A stretch of 64,000 nt of DNA from Candidatus Yanofskybacteria bacterium (GTDB lineage Bacteria > Patescibacteriota > Minisyncoccia > JACQLN01): the NCBI GenBank assembly GCA_943359335.1, contig CALRHC010000002.1:1290-65289 (forward strand), given 5' to 3'. Shown here in pieces: positions 59,199-64,000 of this stretch (position 1 is its first letter; every line of letters starts with the position of its first letter). The notes beneath the pieces are model-generated. The model saw only the letters and a list, made by a program, of their open reading frames with translations, was not told where the DNA came from and searched no databases. The translations under genes and the position numbers were made by a program.

Positions 59199-59323
59199 TA
59201 CTCTTATTTTAATTCTTAAAATGCATTATGTCAAGCCTATGTGGAAAACGTGTGGAAACAGCCTAAAGCAGGCATTTTTACCACTGTTTAAGGCCTTTTG
59301 CCTGTGTTAATCTTATAGTTAAT

Positions 59324-60331
59324 ATGCTAACAACTCCCAAAAACCAGCCAGAGGATAATAGTCTAGACCAAACTCTTCGCCCATCTACTCTTTCCGAATA
59401 TGTTGGGCAAGAGCAAATAAAAGAAAACCTTGGTATTTTCTTAACTGCTGCTAAAAAAAGAGGTGAGGTTTTAGAGCATATTTTGCTTTACGGCCCCGCA
59501 GGACTAGGAAAAACCACATTAGCTTATATAATTGCTGGGGAATTAAGTAAAAATATTAAAATGACTTCGGGACCAGCACTCGAAAAGTCTGGCGATTTAG
59601 GCGCTATTTTAACCAACCTTAAAGAAGGCGACGTTTTGTTTATAGACGAAATCCACAGGTTAAACAAAGTTGTGGAAGAAATGCTTTACCCCGCTATGGA
59701 AGATTTTGTTTTCGATATTATTATTGGCAAAGGTCCATCGGCAAAAACAATACAATTAAAACTTCCTCACTTTACTATGATTGGCGCTACCACAAGCATT
59801 GGGAATCTAACATCTGCTTTTAGAAGCAGATTTGGTGCCACTTATAAGCTAGAATTTTATGAAAATTCGGATATAGAAAAAATATTAAAACGTTCGTCTA
59901 GAATATTAAATGTTAAATCTGACGCCGAAGGAATTAATTTAATAGCTTCGCGTAGTCGCCAGACCCCACGCGTAGCAAACAGATTATTAAAAAGAGTGCG
60001 AGATTATGTAGAGGTAAAAGCCGATGGTGTTATTAAGAAAGACATTGCGGAGAAAGCATTGGCAATGTTAGCAGTAGATGAACTAGGTTTAGAAAACGCC
60101 GATAGAAAAATTTTAGAAACTATAATAAAAAAGTTTAACGGTGGACCAGTTGGTATTCAGGCGCTCGCTGCTTCCGCAGGCGAAGAGGAAAATACTATTT
60201 TGGAAGTTTACGAACCTTATTTGTTACAGCTTGGTTTTATAAACCGCACTCCACGTGGACGCGAAGCTACATTATCGGCTTATAATCATTTAAAAATAAA
60301 AGCACCTCCGCAAACTAAAAATCTTATATAA
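59324..60331 (+). CDS. ruvB: Holliday junction helicase RuvB
   Basis: [31 protein letters not shown]. Confidence 0.97.
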   Translation: MLTTPKNQPEDNSLDQTLRPSTLSEYVGQEQIKENLGIFLTAAKKRGEVLEHILLYGPAGLGKTTLAYIIAGELSKNIKMTSGPALEKSGDLGAILTNLKEGDVLFIDEIHRLNKVVEEMLYPAMEDFVFDIIIGKGPSAKTIQLKLPHFTMIGATTSIGNLTSAFRSRFGATYKLEFYENSDIEKILKRSSRILNVKSDAEGINLIASRSRQTPRVANRLLKRVRDYVEVKADGVIKKDIAEKALAMLAVDELGLENADRKILETIIKKFNGGPVGIQALAASAGEEENTILEVYEPYLLQLGFINRTPRGREATLSAYNHLKIKAPPQTKNLI

Positions 60332-60366
60332 AAAAACCCGCCACGTTGGACGTGGCGGGGGTAGAG

Positions 60367-62997
60367 TTAAGGAACTGTTTCGCCGAAATGATCAGCGAAA
60401 ATGAAAAAGTCATTGTTGTTGATAAAGTTGTCTCCGTCGAGGTCAAACCTCGCCAACTCCTGCGGAGTATGTTCAACCTTGTCGGTCTGCTCCACAAACA
60501 GAAAGAAGTCTGCGAAATCGATCCTCTTGTCGCCGGTGAAATCCGGCGACGGCGGCAACCTAACGATTTGGATATATTCCTCTTTGGTTTTCGGCGAAAC
60601 TTTCTCACCGTTAACCAAAGTTACCACCAAACTCGGGGAATACTTCCCCCGAGTCCGGTATACATGGGTCGGATTATTCACAATACTCGAATCTCCATCA
60701 CCAAAATACATGACGTGAGAAGAGTATCGCAACCCCTCCAACTTGTAAGTGAACTGAACTTCCAAACTATCAACTCCCTGCCGAGCATTGACAGAGAAAT
60801 CGACAACGGAAGCTGGTCCCCATGGAGGATCAGTTGCTGTTGAAGACAACTTCACCCTGATCGGACTCCCCAGACCAACGAAGTACAGATAGACGTACGT
60901 CTGCTTGTCTCCGATGGTTCTTGTAGGAGTGAACTCGACCCAAATATCCTTGGTTGAGTTCGGTGAAATGGTGAAGTTGGGTTCCGTAAGAACACGGAAA
61001 TCCAACGAATCCAATCCGCCCACCCTATATCGAAAAACCTCGGTTCCAACATCTCCAGTATTGGAAATACTGAACTTGGCAGTGCTACTACCCTTGCCAA
61101 GCTCAACAGGAGGAAGACCAACAATTTCCTGCGAAGCTACGATATTGGCATCGCGTGTAGCGATCCAAATTGTATCCGACATTGGTTGATGATCTGCACC
61201 TCCTGGTCCTTCAAATTCCGCCTCTACCACATACGCGCCAACTTCAGTGAACACATATGTGAGAGTGTCTCTGTAACCAGATTGTCTGAAACTCTTGAAC
61301 TCTCTTGAGTTCGTGAGACTAGAAAGACGGGTTATCTGCCAATCCGAAAGAGTGACAGATCCTCCAAGATTCTCGTTCCTGAAAAAGATTGAGTATGGAG
61401 GAGAACCTGCGAGAGAGGACGGAATAATGTTAATAGTCGGCCTCGCTTGCGGAGGAGGGTCTTTCCCTACTCCACTTAAAAACACAGAACTGCTTCCACC
61501 TTGACCGTTATGATTAATGTTCAGGGTGGCCGTACGAGAACCTACAACCTGCGGCGAGAAAATCACCGACGCGTTGTAGGTTTCTCCTGGAGCGATAGTG
61601 ATGGCAGACGGACCACTTAATGTAAAAGCGGTACTGCTCCCACCGATGTACATACTAGTGATAAATAAATTACTACCACCAGTATTTTGAAGCGGGATAG
61701 TAAAACTAGAACCACTGCTTCGCACGATAGTGCTATCGGCCGAGTAGTTAGTACTCGAAACCGTAAGCACGGGCACGGGAGTAGTTGTTCCAGTTCCAGT
61801 TCCAGTAAACACAGCAGACGCCGTACTACCAGAACCGTAACTTGCAACCAGCGTTGCGGATTTACTTCCCGCAGACGCCGGTGTAAAGCTGACAGTTACC
61901 AACAGACTATCGTTCGCTGGAACTGAAGCGCTCACAGGACTTACCCCGAACTCGCTATTTGTGGTAGCAAGCCCAATCGCAATCACACCAGAAGTAGGAT
62001 TGCGTAGGTAAACCGTTCTGCTGGCACTCCCACCGGTATTGGTAGAACCAATATCGACAGAAGTTACTGAGAAAGCTACAGGACCAGTGACCACAGAGCC
62101 ACCACTCGAACTTCCTCCTCCACCAGTTGCAACGCCATTTCCAGTCATCGCAATCACCGCAGGACTATTAACCCCATTGTGATTCATCGTGATATTTCCA
62201 GAAGCACTTCCGGCCGACGTCGGCGTAAAGCCAACAGTGACCGTAGTGCTATCACCCACATTCACGTTTACGCTCGGAGGAATCGCCGGTGAAACAGTGA
62301 ACAGTGGATTACTGGAAACAACACCGCTGATCGACATTACTGCCGTACCAGTATTCTTGATCTTGAGAGTGAGCTGGGAGGTTAATCCCGTGTTCACATC
62401 TCCAAAACCAAGACTATTTGGTACTGGAGTGGCTTGAGCTAGTGGAGTTGTATAACCCGAAAGGGCCATAGCAAATCCAATACCAGCAGAAGGACTGACC
62501 CATCCTCCATTTCTGAAGAAGGACATCCCTCCGTGTTCAACACCACCAAAGCTCGTAGTTCCAGCGCCACGCCGAACCTTGTAATAGTTGGCGTTGCTAC
62601 CGGAACCAGAACGAGTCAGTACGATAGATATATTCGGTGAAGTAGTAATCGCGGGAGACGAAAGCGTATAGGTTCTCTCTGAAAAAGAATTATCCAGAGA
62701 CGCCCCAGATGCTGAAGCGCTCGAAAGAAGAACGCCTCCTTGTCTTACCTCGATCACCACATTGTCGTTAGGGCTTCCGCCTTTAGACAATGCCGTAGTG
62801 ACACTGGTAATTACGTATCCCGGAGGAACGGTCACGTTTTCCATAACCTGTTCGTCGGTTCCTACTTCGCCACCGAACCCAGAACTGCAGCACATGTCCG
62901 TATTTACACCACCCAACACAACCACCGTTTGAGCCGACGAAATCGTCGCCCAAACCAACATCAAAATGGCCAAAATACGGCCGATTGCATTGTTCAT
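60367..62997 (-). CDS. Large secreted protein with ASH/choice-of-anchor D Ig-like repeats, PKD domain and C-terminal EF-hand/dockerin-like pair
   Basis: Signal peptide; repeated I.NTG...V.F.P; FGDG..NPTHVY..G.Y; DFTGDKRIDFADF and DLDGDNFINNNDF. Confidence 0.8.
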   Translation of the reverse strand: MNNAIGRILAILMLVWATISSAQTVVVLGGVNTDMCCSSGFGGEVGTDEQVMENVTVPPGYVITSVTTALSKGGSPNDNVVIEVRQGGVLLSSASASGASLDNSFSERTYTLSSPAITTSPNISIVLTRSGSGSNANYYKVRRGAGTTSFGGVEHGGMSFFRNGGWVSPSAGIGFAMALSGYTTPLAQATPVPNSLGFGDVNTGLTSQLTLKIKNTGTAVMSISGVVSSNPLFTVSPAIPPSVNVNVGDSTTVTVGFTPTSAGSASGNITMNHNGVNSPAVIAMTGNGVATGGGGSSSGGSVVTGPVAFSVTSVDIGSTNTGGSASRTVYLRNPTSGVIAIGLATTNSEFGVSPVSASVPANDSLLVTVSFTPASAGSKSATLVASYGSGSTASAVFTGTGTGTTTPVPVLTVSSTNYSADSTIVRSSGSSFTIPLQNTGGSNLFITSMYIGGSSTAFTLSGPSAITIAPGETYNASVIFSPQVVGSRTATLNINHNGQGGSSSVFLSGVGKDPPPQARPTINIIPSSLAGSPPYSIFFRNENLGGSVTLSDWQITRLSSLTNSREFKSFRQSGYRDTLTYVFTEVGAYVVEAEFEGPGGADHQPMSDTIWIATRDANIVASQEIVGLPPVELGKGSSTAKFSISNTGDVGTEVFRYRVGGLDSLDFRVLTEPNFTISPNSTKDIWVEFTPTRTIGDKQTYVYLYFVGLGSPIRVKLSSTATDPPWGPASVVDFSVNARQGVDSLEVQFTYKLEGLRYSSHVMYFGDGDSSIVNNPTHVYRTRGKYSPSLVVTLVNGEKVSPKTKEEYIQIVRLPPSPDFTGDKRIDFADFFLFVEQTDKVEHTPQELARFDLDGDNFINNNDFFIFADHFGETVP

Positions 62998-63145
62998 AAC
63001 TACCTCCTCTTATCCACATGGGATAGGTATAGGGGTTGGTTAATAAAATTAATGACACCTTTTGACTTTTTTGTAAAGGTACTATTAAACAAACTATACC
63101 ACTCTGAAAGTTGTTTGTAAAGGGCTGAGCAATTACCAAAAAAGT

Positions 63146-64000
63146 TTACGGTTGAGGGATGTTTTGTGTCTGCAGAGGTGCTGTTTCTGTACTAATTACA
63201 GGTATTGGTCCAAACCAACTTCTTATTGCAGTCTCCCAATTATTAAACATTGGATCCGCAGACGGATTAGAAGGATTTGAGCCAGTAGGGTCATCTTTTT
63301 TTATATAATATAAAACAGAATGTATTTCTCCGTTTATTAAATATTGTCCATTTAAAATCGGCTTAGAAACTTCTGGAAAATGTGGTGGCGTAAAACTTTC
63401 TGGGGCTAAATTTAATTTATCGAAAGCGCGCGCCATAAAGTCGTGCCAAATTGGAGCAGCAACATAAGACCCTGGTTCTTGTTTAATGGGCGTATTGTCA
63501 TTATTACCAACCCAAACACCGGCAACTAAAGAAGGTGTATAACCCATTGTCCAACCATCTCTAAATTCATTTGTGGTACCGGTTTTTGCAGCAATAGGTC
63601 TATCTGTAAAAAATAACGGACTACGCGCGCCAAAAGTTGGAGTTCGTGCAGCATTATCGGAAAGAATATTTGTTACCATTCTAGAAACCTCTGTATCTAA
63701 AACCTGAACTGGTTCGTCTTTATATTCTTCTAAAACATTTCCCCTATTATCTTCTATACGCAAAATAGATGAAACTGGATGTTTAACACCTTCCGTAGCA
63801 AAGGCCCCATAAGCCGAGGCCATTTCTAAAAGCTTAACTTCACCTCCCCCTAAAACCAAAGATAAACCAAATCTAGATCTATCTTTTAATGTAGTAATTC
63901 CCATATCTTCAGCTGTGTTTATAGAATCATCTACTCCAGCTAAATAAAGAAGTTGAACCGCGGGAATGTTTAAAGAGTTAGCCAGAGCCTGCCTCACTGT
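63146..64000 (-). CDS. Class A penicillin-binding protein, C-terminal part (runs off the window)
   Basis: SLNIPAV, LGGGEV, KTGTT, GVWVGN. Confidence 0.9.
   Translation of the reverse strand, partial: TVRQALANSLNIPAVQLLYLAGVDDSINTAEDMGITTLKDRSRFGLSLVLGGGEVKLLEMASAYGAFATEGVKHPVSSILRIEDNRGNVLEEYKDEPVQVLDTEVSRMVTNILSDNAARTPTFGARSPLFFTDRPIAAKTGTTNEFRDGWTMGYTPSLVAGVWVGNNDNTPIKQEPGSYVAAPIWHDFMARAFDKLNLAPESFTPPHFPEVSKPILNGQYLINGEIHSVLYYIKKDDPTGSNPSNPSADPMFNNWETAIRSWFGPIPVISTETAPLQTQNIPQP

Noticed and set aside
31040-60331. DNA repair genes as a dedicated island
   Set aside because: They are interspersed with unrelated core genes on both strands, as expected in a reduced genome
60324-63139. Many overlapping ORFs on other frames of the 876 aa gene
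   Set aside because: Expected shadows of a GC-richer gene; no motifs or RBS
1-64000. Alternative genetic code (TGA as Gly)
   Set aside because: Conserved genes are full length in code 11 and TGA ends genes at normal positions (13764, 47157, 50786)

Overview
AT-rich window with compact, mostly minus-strand genes in standard code 11. Gene content and style (alpha2-type GlyRS, PolA lacking the 3'-5' exonuclease segment, PilB, near-leaderless core genes) suggest a Patescibacteria/CPR (Parcubacteria-like) chromosome; this is an inference. It holds tRNA-Leu(CAA), tmRNA-smpB, four aminoacyl-tRNA synthetases, infC-rpmI-rplT, rpsT, a copper module (csoR-copA), many DNA repair genes, hicBA and many orphan single-gene cassettes. 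No CRISPR, prophage or transposase was seen. The unusual signal is non-coding. (1) Dispersed, often nested stem-loop elements sit on start and stop codons; three are flanked by a duplicated ATG, several share conserved cores inside copy-specific outer stems, and two enclose a small GIY-YIG nuclease ORF (one at the pilB start, one between an interrupted tRNA half-copy and the intact tRNA). (2) Orphan cassettes share a promoter/boxA-like/Shine-Dalgarno/terminator layout that core genes lack. (3) An unannotated ~200 nt structured RNA lies between pilB and ruvB. All calls are by eye; no database searches or folding programs were run.
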